From: Perna viridis
Lineage: Eukaryota
Direction of reading: 5' to 3'
Assembly (NCBI GenBank): GCA_037379345.1
Contig: CM074511.1
Location: 57,852,862 to 57,916,861 of the forward strand
DNA length: 64,000 nt
This document shows positions 35,241 through 48,829 of the stretch, piece after piece. The notes beneath the pieces are model-generated. The model ran no database searches. It saw only the letters and a program-made list of their open reading frames with translations, and was not told the origin of the DNA. The position numbers and the translations under genes are program-made. The stretch's first letter is position 1, and each line of letters starts with the position of its first letter.

Positions 35241-38200
35241 CAATCACGAAAACGTCCTGAAGTAATGTTCCATTGACAATCAGAATTTGTAAATGTATAA
35301 TGCATTGAAAAATAGAAATGGATTTATATTCTTAATTACTCTTATATTAGTTGCACGTTTTTATGAAACATGAAAACACATTGAAACTATACATTGTACA
35401 CCAAACTTCTGCATTTGAAAATCTGAACATAAACAGCGCTTCAGTCAAAAACTTGTTATCATTTAATGGCTGATGAAGGGTAATAACAAAGTAACTTACT
35501 TACTCTAGACAATAGTCGAAAGGAGGGCATCGTCCTTTTATGCCAATTGGATAAAAAATGAAAATAAATTGCGTCAAAACTATTTTTTCGCCTAGTTGAA
35601 TTGCGCCAAAAAGACTACAAATTGTGCCAGTTTACATGTAAATGTAAAATATCTTTAGAGTTAGTGATATCAAATATTTCACAAAATATGAAAATAAGCT
35701 GTTTTCAGATTACGTCTTAACATACATTGGCGACTCTGCTATGTTGGGCAGAAATTCTTTCAACTGTTCGCCGAACATTCAGCAGACCCGATTCCTTTCT
35801 TGCAGTTACGAGCAATTTTATAATTCGCATTTATCGATATTTTTATAGACACTATAAGATCCAGGCCACAAAATACTTGAATACATGAAGCTCAGGGGCA
35901 CTGTGCACGAGCTGTTAGATAATTTCGATATTTACAATGTAGTTTACCAGTATTTTGGCTCTAAAGGATTCTTATTTATTTTTTTGGTGCAATTTAACTA
36001 CGAAATTTGAAAAATAAACTGGTACAAAAGGATCATAGGCGCAAATGAGTGGTTGCATAAGAGTTCCTTTAGGCGCCAAAGGAGATCACCCAAACAGGAA
36101 AAATAAAAATAAGAGATGCGGTATAATTGCCAGAGACAGCCATCCACCAACAGCTGAACAACGAACAATTAGTCTGTATAAAAAATGGCAATGTCAATAT
36201 AAAAACCGGAAAATTGTAAACCATCGCAATGGTCCTGACTTTAGGGGGGAGAAAAGACGAATAAATTACATGCAACTGCAACCAAATTCAAAAGTCGTAT
36301 TCACTTTGATCAAAAAGACCGTAGCCCCTCTCCTGACATAAGCACATGAGCCATATGCAAATGTAGAATAAGCGTTCTCAGTTTTCCTGTAATAAACCAA
36401 AGACAATGTTTATGTCCTTCTCACATTAATACGAGAAATCATCATTTGATGATGCCATAGAATTTTTTAAGTGATTAATGAGAGTAGCGACGAAACTTGC
36501 ATGCCGAGACCTGATCATCACACACGTTACGCATTTTTCTTATTGAAATGCCCACTTCGTTTCTGTGAGAAAAAAACTGATGCGCATATCTTAAAGTGTT
36601 TAGAATTTTTTAAATTAAATTTATTAGGTTTTCAATACCTGAATGACCATGTCTTGCTTTATATGCTCCAATTTGCATCGTTTACTATCTAAATGTTATG
36701 AACGACTTCTAAAATAATTACACTGCGTAACTGAGCGAAGTTTACCAATTAAAATAATAATTTGGGTCTTTTTCCAACGAAATGCACGTTTGATAGAAAT
36801 TGGATTTCTCAGTATATGTTTGAGAAAGTTTACACGTCATTTACAACTGACCAAAACTTTGATGTTATTCCTTATAAGTCATTACGAGATCGGATATCAT
36901 AAATAAGCCCGAGGAATGAAAATAAAGATTTTCCATATTTTACGAGATATTGATTTGGATATCTGTATTTATCATATGTGTGGTGACATTTATAGGTGTA
37001 GTATACATGTCACCCCAACATTATCTTAAACCCTTATCGATGGTTTAGGCAAATTGCTACAGTTTACTGACAAATTAACCACGTGTGATAAAACGCTAAA
37101 TGTTTAGGAAAAACAATAGCTTTAAGGAAACATCAATTATTTACACGAAAATTTCAAACAATTTAAAATCGGTATGGAAATAAATTGCAACGGTCCCTTC
37201 TAACTGATTTTCTTATTCGTAACTGTTAATGTAAAAAATACACTTCTTATGAAGGGTTAGATTCCGCAGCCATTCAGCCTATGAAATTCTATTTTATGTT
37301 TGTGGGACATGCAATACACCCGGAATACAATCCCACCAACATGTATATATATATAGGTCAATCTATACCGATAATTAAAATAAGCACGTATTTTGTCTTT
37401 TCAAAAAGTGATATCTTTGTTGAGAATATTTAACATATTACCAGGTATTTCATAAATAGTGTCTAGCAATAAATGCCTAGAGAAGTAAACTTGGGTAAGA
37501 TTACAGATTCACATTCTTGTGTTGTACATTATTTTCGAAGTAAGAGAGATGCATAAATTTGTCAATATCAGAAAACGATTAATTAGCACTTGTCACAATT
37601 ATGTAAGATATTATCAGGTTTACATTGTCCAGTTATATACCCAGGTAAACACACTACACCCCTAAGTTGTTAATTACATCGGAAGGTGTAAGACAGGGAA
37701 GTCTTCCCGAGCCCGCTATATAGGAACTTTCATGTATAAATACGACGACCTTGCTTCTTTGGATAACATGTTGTGATTTGGTTATCTCGATAACATTTAT
37801 ATGAATTTTGGGATGTGCAGGTATGTTTTAGTAACTGTATGTTTGACTGTCACAATATTATTATATTTGTATAGTACCATATTGAAAACAAACCTGTTTT
37901 TACAAAAAGGATTTATAATTGTTTATATTAAAACCCCTGTTAAGTTTTTATTTCACCTTTCTTAAAAATATTCTTTAAAATAATATTGTTTTCTCATTGT
38001 GTACTTTACGATAATACTTAGGATGAACTTTACAAATAGTGCTTCTAAGTGATATAATATTCCGTCATGCTCAATGCCAGTTTGCAGAAAAACTAAATTT
38101 AGAGAATTACTTAGATCAAAGTTTAAAGCATGGATACGTTTTGCTCATTTACCCAATACAAGTGTGGTACGCAGTTATAAATCTACCTAATCTTTTAAAA

Positions 38201-40469
38201 ACCCTTTTCAATGGCGGGAAAATTAAATGCCACGTTTTAAGATAGCGAGCGACACTATGTCGTGGCTTGTACTGGGGTTATATAATGTTTGAAACTTTGG
38301 TTCGCTGATAAAATGTAAACCCACAAATCACTATAAACTGCAAAAATATATAGAAACGACGGGTTTATCTTTCAGTAGTAAGTAATCTGGCGATTAAAAG
38401 ATATAAGCTCTGAACGGTCATTTTTAGTCCGATTAGCTTTTGATAAAGAATAATACCTAAAATATAACAATTTCTGATTCACGTGATTTCATTCAAAGAT
38501 TCTTTGAGCGCTGATATCTCAAAGTCTAGATAAAATTACAATCTTGTAAAACTGCTATCGGTAACTGCGTAACTAAGATATGTAAACCTTTATCAGTGAT
38601 ACGGATTGGTCAAGCTGGCCTCTGTTCGAGGTCTAATGGTCAGTTTGTAACGTCAAGTGTCCGGTATAGCCACAACCACAGGGGGAGGCAGAGCACAACG
38701 TAAACATATTGTTATAAAACATTGAGGGACACACGTGCAGGTAAGTGAAGTATTATAGTCATTTGTATAATTTGTTTAATATGAATGGAATGTTTGTTTT
38801 CGTTGATAGTAAAAGGCAATATCGTTATACCAGGCCAAAGAGTAACACAGTGAAATCTGTCGCCTGGAGAAGTTTACAGGTACATAACACGCCTTGGTTT
38901 GTCACTGTACATCACACACCAAAAACTTGTTACACATTTGTGCCTGTAGCAGTGTTGTCCTGTGTGTAAGAGTCCAGTAGAATTGGCCTGTTATCATGGA
39001 TTAGCTCTACACCCCTTCACGTTGTAACCAAGCCGAGATAGCGTATCTATAGGTCATTTACACAAGGCATTTTATGTCTCAGGTCGTAAAAGGGTGTCGT
39101 TCAGGTAAGACAACTTTATTTTAGTTTCACAGATATTCTTGGCAGTAAAGTTAAACCCTAAATATTTCGTGAATGTCAGCGTAGTGCAGTCTAGTTTAAC
39201 TTTGTATTATGCTGTTATTCACGAGAAGTGCAGGGGTCATTTCAACACCAGGGACAGCAATGGTCACTTCTGAGCTATCACATGGCATTACAAATGCCGA
39301 CATCACCTACATTTCACCTCTATCTTTATCTTTATAAGTCATTATCATATGTTACCTCTCTCTTTAGTGGATATGGGCATCACTTTCTATTTATTGCCTG
39401 TACTATATAATTTCTAATTCTATTTTTCGTCCCTCTTGACGTCCCATAAGATTGATTTATGGCGACTAGTCTATTCCATAACTTTATGTTCTTGCACCTT
39501 TATACCACTTACATGTACATGTATATATACCACGTGGGCTCTGGAGTGCAGCAACGGTTTCCGCCTACACCTGTAGCCCTTTACACATCACGTGTAAGTA
39601 TGTTTATCTCTTGATTAAGTAAATATTTACGACGAAAAAGTTTGATGTCATCCTACATGTATATAACTTTTCCTATCTAGTCATCAGACCACACGGTAGA
39701 CGTATACAAGTCAACTTTAATCATCACTGAAATTTCTAATATTGCAATTCATCAAAATTTCTCTATAAAAAAAACTGGAAAACAAAATAAAATGGAAAGT
39801 AGCTTCTTCGATTGAATAGTGCATCGCTTTAAATCATTCGGTAAAAAATGAAAATAATAAATATTCGTTTATCCAAAGTGAACCTTTTGGATGCAGGTGA
39901 AGTGTAGATATTTAGCACAAATCGCTCTTCACTGTCCAGTTAACCCAAGTATCCTATTATTCACCTGTCTTCACAGTGATAAAAATACCTACATGAACCT
40001 CACCATTGAAAAGACATCCTTAAATATCATTATTTTGATATACTCGAGATATTTGCAGTTTCTTTCATAACAGAACTTTTAAAAAATAAGTAGCTTTAAA
40101 ATCGCAGTTCTTTGACGCATTGTAAATTCTTCGGATCTTTTGGAGCTGTTTCTCGGAATTTAAAGATGGTTCTTAAAGAAAAAAAATATAAATGTGAACA
40201 TTGACAGTTTTCAATAACGCATCATACTACAAGTAATGCAAACCGTCTGTTACCAATTTTTTTTTAAAGTTCTTGGTGAACCATATTGTCATAATTTCTG
40301 TTTGTGTAAATAAGTCTAGTGTTCATAAAAAATAATAAAATAACAGACTGTTGCTATAATCCTCAAGATACAACTGCATACCAGTGATCTCCTGAATATG
40401 TTTCATTTCTATTCGTACATTCCGGAGTTATGGAGCCTTCTAGTTTGAGGATGCTATACCGAGATCATA

Positions 40470-40557
40470 ATAAGCTTGATTGGTCAATCGAATAAAAACC
40501 TATATTGCGTAATATACGCAATTCAGGATTTTTTATAGATTGACCAATCAATCTTAT
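40470..40557. repeat. Palindromic hairpin element
   Basis: ttgattggtcaatc...attgcgta / tacgcaat...gattgaccaatcaa. Confidence 0.7.
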
Positions 40558-41103
40558 ACATCCACATTAATTTAGTTTTTATAAAATAATTGATTTTCAT
40601 GACACATTTCTGATTCTAAAACAGTAGTGATTGTTGTATTGCCATAACAACAAAACAATTCAAGTTTGAAAGTATTTGCTTTTTTGTGATCTTTAAACGT
40701 AGTAAATATTTCGTATTTAGCGATACCATGGTGCATTCATTGCGTTTTACCATATTCGTTCTTTTTAAGTCGCTAATATTGTTAGCGACTTCTTGCACTC
40801 GTAATTTTAGTACTTCACATTCACATATGATTGCATAATTATATATTGATACCCCACGTTATGCTGCAGATCTGTGTCGTGTTTACCGCTATAGCGTCAT
40901 AGTTCTAGCCAATTGGAACACCTCAGCCGTTCTAATTACACAAACGAAAAACCTCAGAGGCATTAGGCGGATGGATCGATCCGATTTTAAAATTAAAGTT
41001 AAAATGGTGATTTTTTACCATTACTTTTTCTTAGCTCCTCGCTTCACGCCAAAATTCTTGAAGGAGTTGTTCTATATTTCTATTGGTATCAAACTAAATT
41101 TTT

Positions 41104-41120
41104 TAGCGCCATCTGGTGGA
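41104..41120 (-). promoter_or_regulatory. CTCF-type motif
   Basis: Minus strand TCCACCAGATGGCGCTA matches the CTCF core consensus; motif match only. Confidence 0.45.
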
Positions 41121-41264
41121 AAGAACTACTACGATTCTTGCATTTTTTTTCAAGAAGAAATTCTCCTTTCTGCATTCCAGGTTATTTTTTAGTGTAGCGG
41201 AAATGGTCGAGTTCTAGCTTCATACGAGATAAAAATGTACATCTTAAATATCATACACGTGTGT

Positions 41265-41701
41265 TCTACGTATGTTTCTTGATTGTATGGGAACGGGAAG
41301 CTTACATGAAATGATAGGTTAGCACTGAACATTACCCAGTTTCCAAAGCAGGCACGTTGCAAGACTATATAGGTCATATACATTAGCACGGTCCCCATAT
41401 TTATGAATATTCATTACCAGTTTCTAATCTGATTCCTAATCTGGATCCCTAGTCAATATCATAAGCAACCCAAAGATCGCTAAAAGTACCAGTTTCAAAA
41501 ATATCATACACATGTCTATGTATGTTTTTTGCTTGTATGAGAACGGGAAGTTGACAATAAAAGATGAAATGATCGGTTGGCTTTATATTAATGTAATATT
41601 ACCAAGTTTCCGATTCAAACACAGAGGCTTGTTACAATTAACTATATAGATCATTTACATTATCTATATATAGTCATTGCCAGTTGTTTAATCTGATTCC
41701 T
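41265..41701. repeat. Old ~250-bp tandem duplication
   Basis: tatgttt...ttgtatg.gaacgggaag...atgaaatgat.ggtt...attacc.agtttcc...aatctgattcct occurs twice. Confidence 0.7.
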
Positions 41702-43328
41702 GGTAACCAGTTGTTTTGATTGAAAACATTCGGGTCAGCATGGTTACGAAAGAGCAATAAAGATTCTAGCGGAAGTCATCCGATTCATAGACATGTAATT
41801 TAATTATAGGTCTCTGTCCGATTTTAAAGCATTTCACATTCGTGCCATTTCGGATGTTGAAAGTAAGACAAAATCAGTAGCAAAGAATATTTAACGATTA
41901 GCGACTTTGAAGACTTTCCTCTTTGATTTTTTCTTTTGTCATTATGTGGAGTTTGTAGTAAGATAAGCAATTGCCAAAGTGTCAATACTTTCAAATTTGC
42001 TTCAGTACTTCTCTAAGAATCAGGCAAAGTGTGTGTAAGGTGTGACACATTAAGAAAAAAGTAACGCAGAAATTTCATCAAGTATTTATACCTCATAACC
42101 TCCAGAAATAAGCATCAATCTAAAGTGTTTGTAAGCCTTTTTAAGATATTAATAGGTCAAGTTTAATTGAAAAATGTTTAAAAATTGCTGGGAAATTTTC
42201 CTGCACTTTTCCCCTCTAAATGCTTCAGGGTAAATTTTAAATAGCTTTCCGGTTGTTTTCTAGGTATACTGAATATATTTTAGGCAAAAATGAGCTAATT
42301 GAGATTTCTTTTTTTTAATAATCAACTTTGAAATATAAGTAATCAATACCGTCTTCATGTTTTTTTTTATTGACCAACATTAATTTGTTTTCTATCAAAA
42401 CCCTATGTTCGTTTACGTACTCGTTTGTATTTCCAATGCCATAGTGATGTTGTATCAGGTTCCCATAATACTGCATAGGTTCTTATCTTGAATCACAAAG
42501 TCTGAAAAAAATACGTCATAGTCCGAATGCCTCCGCATATAAGCTACCCCCTGATCAGAGCTGCTCATTTAGTTTCATCATTTTCAATTGCTGTATAACT
42601 TCATTTTATGTTGATGATCATTGTAACAATAACATGACATTTTATTTGATAAAATACATATTAATTTTTAAAATCACATGAAATATCAAATTTGACATTA
42701 TTATACGATAAAGCACGGTACAAACACAAATATAAGAATAACCAAAGCTATGTATACGACTTTGCTCTTTTCTTCCGCCTGAAAAAAGAAAACAAAAACA
42801 AATCTCATTGCTACATTTTGAACTAGAGTTACCGTTCTTTAAATGTTTATACGACTTGTCCACATCTATTCTGTATACTTTGGCAGTGCAAATTGGAGAA
42901 GTGGACATTGTAAATAAAAATCAAGTTATTCTCCACTCAATGAATGCAACCAGTTTGTTATTTTTTGCTAAAATAATATGTCTTTGTACGCGTAACCACA
43001 TTCAGTAAAATAAAAAGTTTGCAAGATTGCAAGGCCTTGCGTAGAGATTGCTAACCATGGGAGGCAAACGTTTTGAAGAGCTCAGCTCACATGCATTTTG
43101 CTCGAATGTGGGAAGGTAAATTTGTATTTGGCTTTGAAGTAAGTATTGTCTGTTAGAAAAAAAACCCCAAAACATTTGCTCTTCAGACTGCAAGCACCGA
43201 CTGTCTCGATTTTGTATATTATTTGGAAAATTTCAGGGACAGTATATCCGCCTTTGTGATTTTTCTACAAGGTTCCTTACTTATCGTTTTATAGACCGTC
43301 AGTAGAGACAATAAATTAAATAAATTAC

Positions 43329-46300
43329 TCACAAAGAAAATCTGTTTTTGACTGGACTCGGTGTTTTGTCTGACAGTATCTTCTGACGGGTATTTTGTTG
43401 TTGCATCAATAAATCAGATGATAGTTCGGTCGACTTCGTTATAAATACTTCTGATTCAAGATGGTTGTCATCTGTTAAAGAATCTTCTGATTCAAAATCA
43501 GCTGCAGTTATACAATCTTCACACGACTTATTCTCGCTCTCAAGGTCTTTGGCATTGCAAGAATGTGGAATGAAAGCAACGCTTAAATAACCACCCTTGT
43601 TTCCTGAGGAGGATTTTGAGCTACTTGTACGTAGACTACCACACTGTCGACAAGGTTCTGCAGATTTAACATCTGTCACATCTAGTTGAGCCTCTTTCTG
43701 ACTCTGACCTTGAGCGATATCGGGAATGTCAAGGGATAATTGTTGTGGTAATTGTTGTTTTTTACTTTCGTCAGATTTCGATTTTGATTTTGATTTTGAT
43801 GAGCTTCTCTTATAGTGTACAACACACTGAGCGGATGGTGGGATATTTATCTGAACATGATATTGATAATGAGGTCCTCCAATGTGGCACTGTTTCCGGA
43901 AACAACGTAAATGATTTGCATGATTAATTTTATCATCCTCACAGTTACTTGACCTGGGAGACTTGACCGACCAACACCGACGTAGATAACTACAGAGTTT
44001 CCGGATGAACGACTTGCGGAGAAGTATGTACAACCATGGGTCGAGTGTCTGATTGAGACTAGCTAGTCTAATGGTAGTAAGGTCGGCAATAAAATTGCTC
44101 TTGCCAGTTGCCATAGTGACAATCATCTGAATCTGCAAGTAAAAGCCTTGTTTACAATCTTGTAATGCAACAATTTTTAAAAGTGAATTTAAACCACGCT
44201 AAGTGATCATCAAAATCGGATCCATGAATAAAAGATTAAAAAGAATACTTTTCTATCCATTATAATCACGGTTAATCAACGAGGTGATTGAACTTACCTG
44301 TAAAGCAAAGAATAAAGCATCAGTAAAAGGAAGATTGCAAAAAACATCGGATGATAAAAATCCTTCATGATATAGTTTATTTAACAGCCTGGAAATATAA
44401 TAACGGTTTGTATTGGTGATCTTTAAATGTCAATTCATTTTCGTTAGAACAATTTTTGCTGCATTTTAAGTAATGTGCATCTTATACATGAAATTTAACA
44501 TGGTTTCTTTTTTTTTTTAACCCAAATCAATCTATCTATGTAATTTCCTTTCTCATATTAACCTTCAGCTCGGGTATGTGAAAAATGTGAAAATTAAAAT
44601 GTCGGTAACGAATATTCGGTAACATCAATATGTAGTCTTGGGTTTGTCTTGTGAATATTTAAGTGTCGTTGGATTCGACTTTGGTGTGCTCTTTTAATGC
44701 CCCTTTTAAAAACGTGACAATCTTTGACCAGTGGTCGCTTGTAGATATGAAAAAAGTGTTTCTTTATATAATTAATCCCAAGGCAAATGATCAATTTTCA
44801 ATCATTATTTTAAGTTTATATCGATAAATAACTGAAACCTTGAGAGGCATGTAAAGCAAAGCGGAAACCTTAATCACAAACGAACCTCGAAAGTCATCCA
44901 GCCTCTTGTGTCATATAAAATAGAATTAAGTTACGGTCAAACGAAATGCTTATCCAGTTACTGGGTGATACAAATCCCAAAGCAAGAGTTCAGTGTTAGT
45001 TTATGCAGTATAGTATATCGCATTTGTACCGTGGCTATTTCGATACGTTTTTGAACATCGTTATTAGAAACCAATAGAATTGTAAAGTAGCAATATAATT
45101 GTTTCTGTCAACCAAAATCGCTCGACTTATTTACTCAGATTCACCACGGATTTTATTAAACCCGCGACAGTTACCCATATAGAATATCGGTATCATAAAC
45201 CAACACAATTCAATTAGACAAATAGCATATTCCTGTTTTCTAGCGGTCATAAACCCTTGGTGTATTGTAATATCACAAATGAAATTATTAAACTAAAAGC
45301 ACTTTTGGGTTGAATTAGAGCTTGAATAGCTGCTAGATTGTAAATAGAGGAATATGGACATTTTGATAAATGTTTTAAAATATCATAAACAGTTGCGAAT
45401 AATATTGTTATTGACAACTACTGCTCTAGTGATAATGATAGTGGAGAAGATAAATAAAAAATCAGGGTTAATATAGAAAACACGTTAATCTTTGGTGAAT
45501 CACGGGTAATTAAAGTCACACCGACATCCAAACTGTATAATCCTAGTGACAAGTATACCCTACGGTACCGAGGAACAGATGAAAAAAGAAAAAAACATCA
45601 GAAACTGGACAAACCAGACTCTATCAAAGTACTGGACGAGGTGCATCGGTAGAGGAAGCGGTCTCTGTTTTATTGTGACAGCAATCGAGCAGCTTATCGT
45701 ATACTGGGTGGGCAAATTAAATACAACAATACCAATCATATATATTGCAAAAAAATCTCTGATTGCTTTCTTGAAGCTGCCTACTCTACCAATGCAAATG
45801 GCAAGGAAGAGTTGAAATAAATTTATCTTTATAATGGTGATGAGTACATAATATTAGTCACTAAGATTATGGTGGTTTTGGTAGATTTATATAACCTTCC
45901 TTTTATTTGAGAAATTTATAATTGTTCTAACAGAATATATATTTTAATTCTTCTAAGTTTGACCAACAGACATGCGACGTCCACTTAACTCGTAGTGTGT
46001 CTAGAAAATCAGACACGCTAATAAAAATGATCATATGATGTTCACAACTTTGTAGATGACGTTTACCCCACAGGTGCACCTGGTCCATGCTCTCAGTTTT
46101 TAGTGAAGTCCGAGTTGCTCATTTACTTTTGTTACCTTGTATGTATTATTTTAGTTACTTAATGTTTTTTGTTGTGTTTGTCTGTTCATTTTCCCCGGAT
46201 TACATTCTTTTGATTTCCGCTAGAACCTTGGTTTCCTTGATTACTCTTTGTACACATAATTTACGACAATGGATGACAAATCTAAACATTAGTAATTTTA

Positions 46301-48829
46301 AGATACACCGGTTTTGTTTGTTTGATGAATCCATTCCTCACAAGTGCATTAGAAAATAATGCAACACAAGGTGAAGTGTTGTCTTACAATATTTGAAAGT
46401 AATTTATCAAAACTTAAGTGAAACACAACTGTTCATTCAACAGGTCTTAAAGACTTAACTATAACTGTATTAACGTTTCTATGAATTAAAACTACAATGC
46501 AAGTTTTATTAGTTTAATAAAGATATTGGAATGGACAGAAGAATAACGAAAAAGTAGTTCTGTAATCAGATTATATTCTGTGCTTTAAATTGGCTTCTTT
46601 TTCAAGATATTGTCGGGTGATGCAACTAAGTAGTTAGAAAAAGAGCAAATGATCGACGAAATGTATTTTGCCTTGTAGTGACCTCCTGAATGGTTTTGAA
46701 TTTCCTTGGTGGTGAACCTAGCATTCGCCTGTATGTATATAACCATTGTTGAGACTCAAAATTTCTGTCAGATTATTGAGGAATACTTTAAGATATTTTC
46801 ATGCTTAATTCAAATTTCGTTTTGCTTGTTTTCTGGGCTTGTTTTAAGCAAATAAATTTGTACTAACTAAACGCAAATTTATTTTGTCAAATTTGTCAAA
46901 CAAACGCTTTATGCGACTTTATATGGCTGCAAATTTCCCGTCACACTACTGAGCAACAGAAATGATCGTGAACAGATGGATAACCGGTGTCAAAAATTGA
47001 AGTTTGAACGGACAGGAAGACTATAAAGATATACAATTACTATAAAAGTTGCAACTTTTACAATTACAAACAATTAAGGCACCGATGCCTGTCAAATTTA
47101 ATAATAATGGCGTAATGCGTGATTGGTTTCAGAACATTTTTTTAGAAAATGGAAAATGCAGCAGTTTCAGTACTCACTTTATGCCATTAATGAAAAATAC
47201 ATCATCATAAATTGTTATGGGTCAACCAAAAGTAGACAATAAGAAACAAAATCATTATACAACATAATATTATTCACGATCCTTAAAATTCTCCACGTTA
47301 AAGTTGCAATGCCTACATTCGTTATCGATCTGTGTTCTAGAAAAGCATATGACGCTTAGTATTACCCTGCCGGTTCAACCTGCTGGGCCTAGTTGTTCTA
47401 AAGATCTGTACGCTGGATAAAGATTGTCCACTGGATCTATATGTACTAAGATATGTTGTTGATAAATATTTATTCAATGTTTTGAACCGGGCCCAGTTCA
47501 CGATACATCCTCTTGCTTGACAGTGTAATGGGGTGCCAAATGCTCTAGTAGTAACAAGTCAGATTAGGAAGTTGGTGCTAAAATCAGTCAACAGTTTTGT
47601 CTTTTTCGGGGTACATATTAAACCGGTATCAGTTTTCATTAAAACGCAGATGCTTTCTTGGCCATATTTACAGAGAAGGTCAGTTCTAACCTCTCACAAA
47701 ACTGTCCTAGAACTGTCTGAAAACAGTTCTATGACAGATTTAGAACAGTTTTAGGGCCAGCTCTTCTGACAGTTCTAGCTGTAGAGCCGACTCTACTAGT
47801 AGAACTGTTCTCGTAGAGCCAACATTGTTAGAACTATCTGAAGAGCTGGCTCTAGAACTGTCCTATGACACTTTGAACTGCCCTAGAGTCGGCTCTTCTG
47901 ACAGTTCTAATGAGAGGTTAATACTGATCTTATCTGTTCATAGAATTAAATGTGGACAAGTACCAATTCAAACACTAAATACTAGCGCTAAAACTTACCA
48001 TTAATGGAGCCCAACAAATTGCAAACACTGTAGTAATGACACACATCAAAACAATCATCTGTTTTTCAATATCTTTCTGTTTTCGGAATTTCTTCCGCGC
48101 TTTTGAAGTGTCATAATATATTGGTTCTAAATTACCCTGTTCTTTTAAAGTCACTTTCTTAAGATACCTAACGCGAATAAGAATAAACATGACGTATATG
48201 TTACATGATGACATCACTAGTATGACAGTCAAATTTACTGCGGAGTAAAAATATCCAAACGCGGAATGTACAGGATTGTTACCGTGGAAATCAAGGAAGC
48301 ACCACGTGCATGGATATTGTATAACGTAACGTCCAAATCCAATCAGTGGAAGAGTTCCTATCATACACACTGTAATCCAAATTACCAGTAAAGCTATTCT
48401 GCCATATTTTTGTCGACAATACTGATTATGGAAAAATGGGTACCTTACGCCAAACAAACGTTCTATTGCCATTGCACAAACAATCAATGGTGTGGAAATT
48501 CCAAAACAAACCATACAAAATCCATTGAATTGACATAACGTCTTCCCACCTATCCATTCTCTGTTTTTTAAATATTCGATGACTGGAACCGGTGTAGTTA
48601 AAAGTATCCCTGACAAATCTGTCCACGCTAGACCGGCTACCAGTGTGTAGAATACACTCTGACTTTTATTTCGATGCAGCACGTATAATGCTGTTATATT
48701 ACCGAGTACCCCAGCCAGAGCCATGGCAATCGGAGAGATTATAGTAGCACCGTCGTGCTCAGATCGGTCAGTAAGCGTCTCATTGTGAAATGTTTTATTG
48801 CAAAATTCAGGTATTTCAAAATCCTCCAT
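43329..48829 (-). CDS. PTGER4: Prostanoid GPCR, prostaglandin E2 receptor EP4 subtype-like (544 aa)
   Basis: Coding exons 48829-47999 and 44132-43329 are joined by a phase-0 intron at the end of TM6 (ICWAPLM|IQMI), the position typical of prostanoid receptors. Motifs GVLGN, LAWTDL.G, MAIER, QYPCTWCFL (ECL2) and IRLASLNQTLDPWLYILLR (TM7 Arg, DPxxY). Exact orthology to EP4 versus EP2 is not resolved. Confidence 0.9.
46056..46249 (+). mobile_element. 5'-truncated 3' end of the Naiad-type element, in the GPCR intron
   Basis: Matches 60219-60420. Confidence 0.85.
47383..47496. mobile_element. Short PIF/Harbinger-like MITE
   Basis: Ends ctgggcctagttgttc / gaaccgggcccag. Confidence 0.5.
47670..47937. 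mobile_element. MITE with internal agaactgt/acagttct repeats
   Basis: TIR acagagaaggtcagttctaacctctca / tgagaggttaatactgatcttatctgt. Confidence 0.7.

Noticed and set aside
37755-37795. miR-9-like tttggttatct in a small hairpin
   Set aside because: Only an 11-nt match, and the hairpin is too short for a pre-miRNA.
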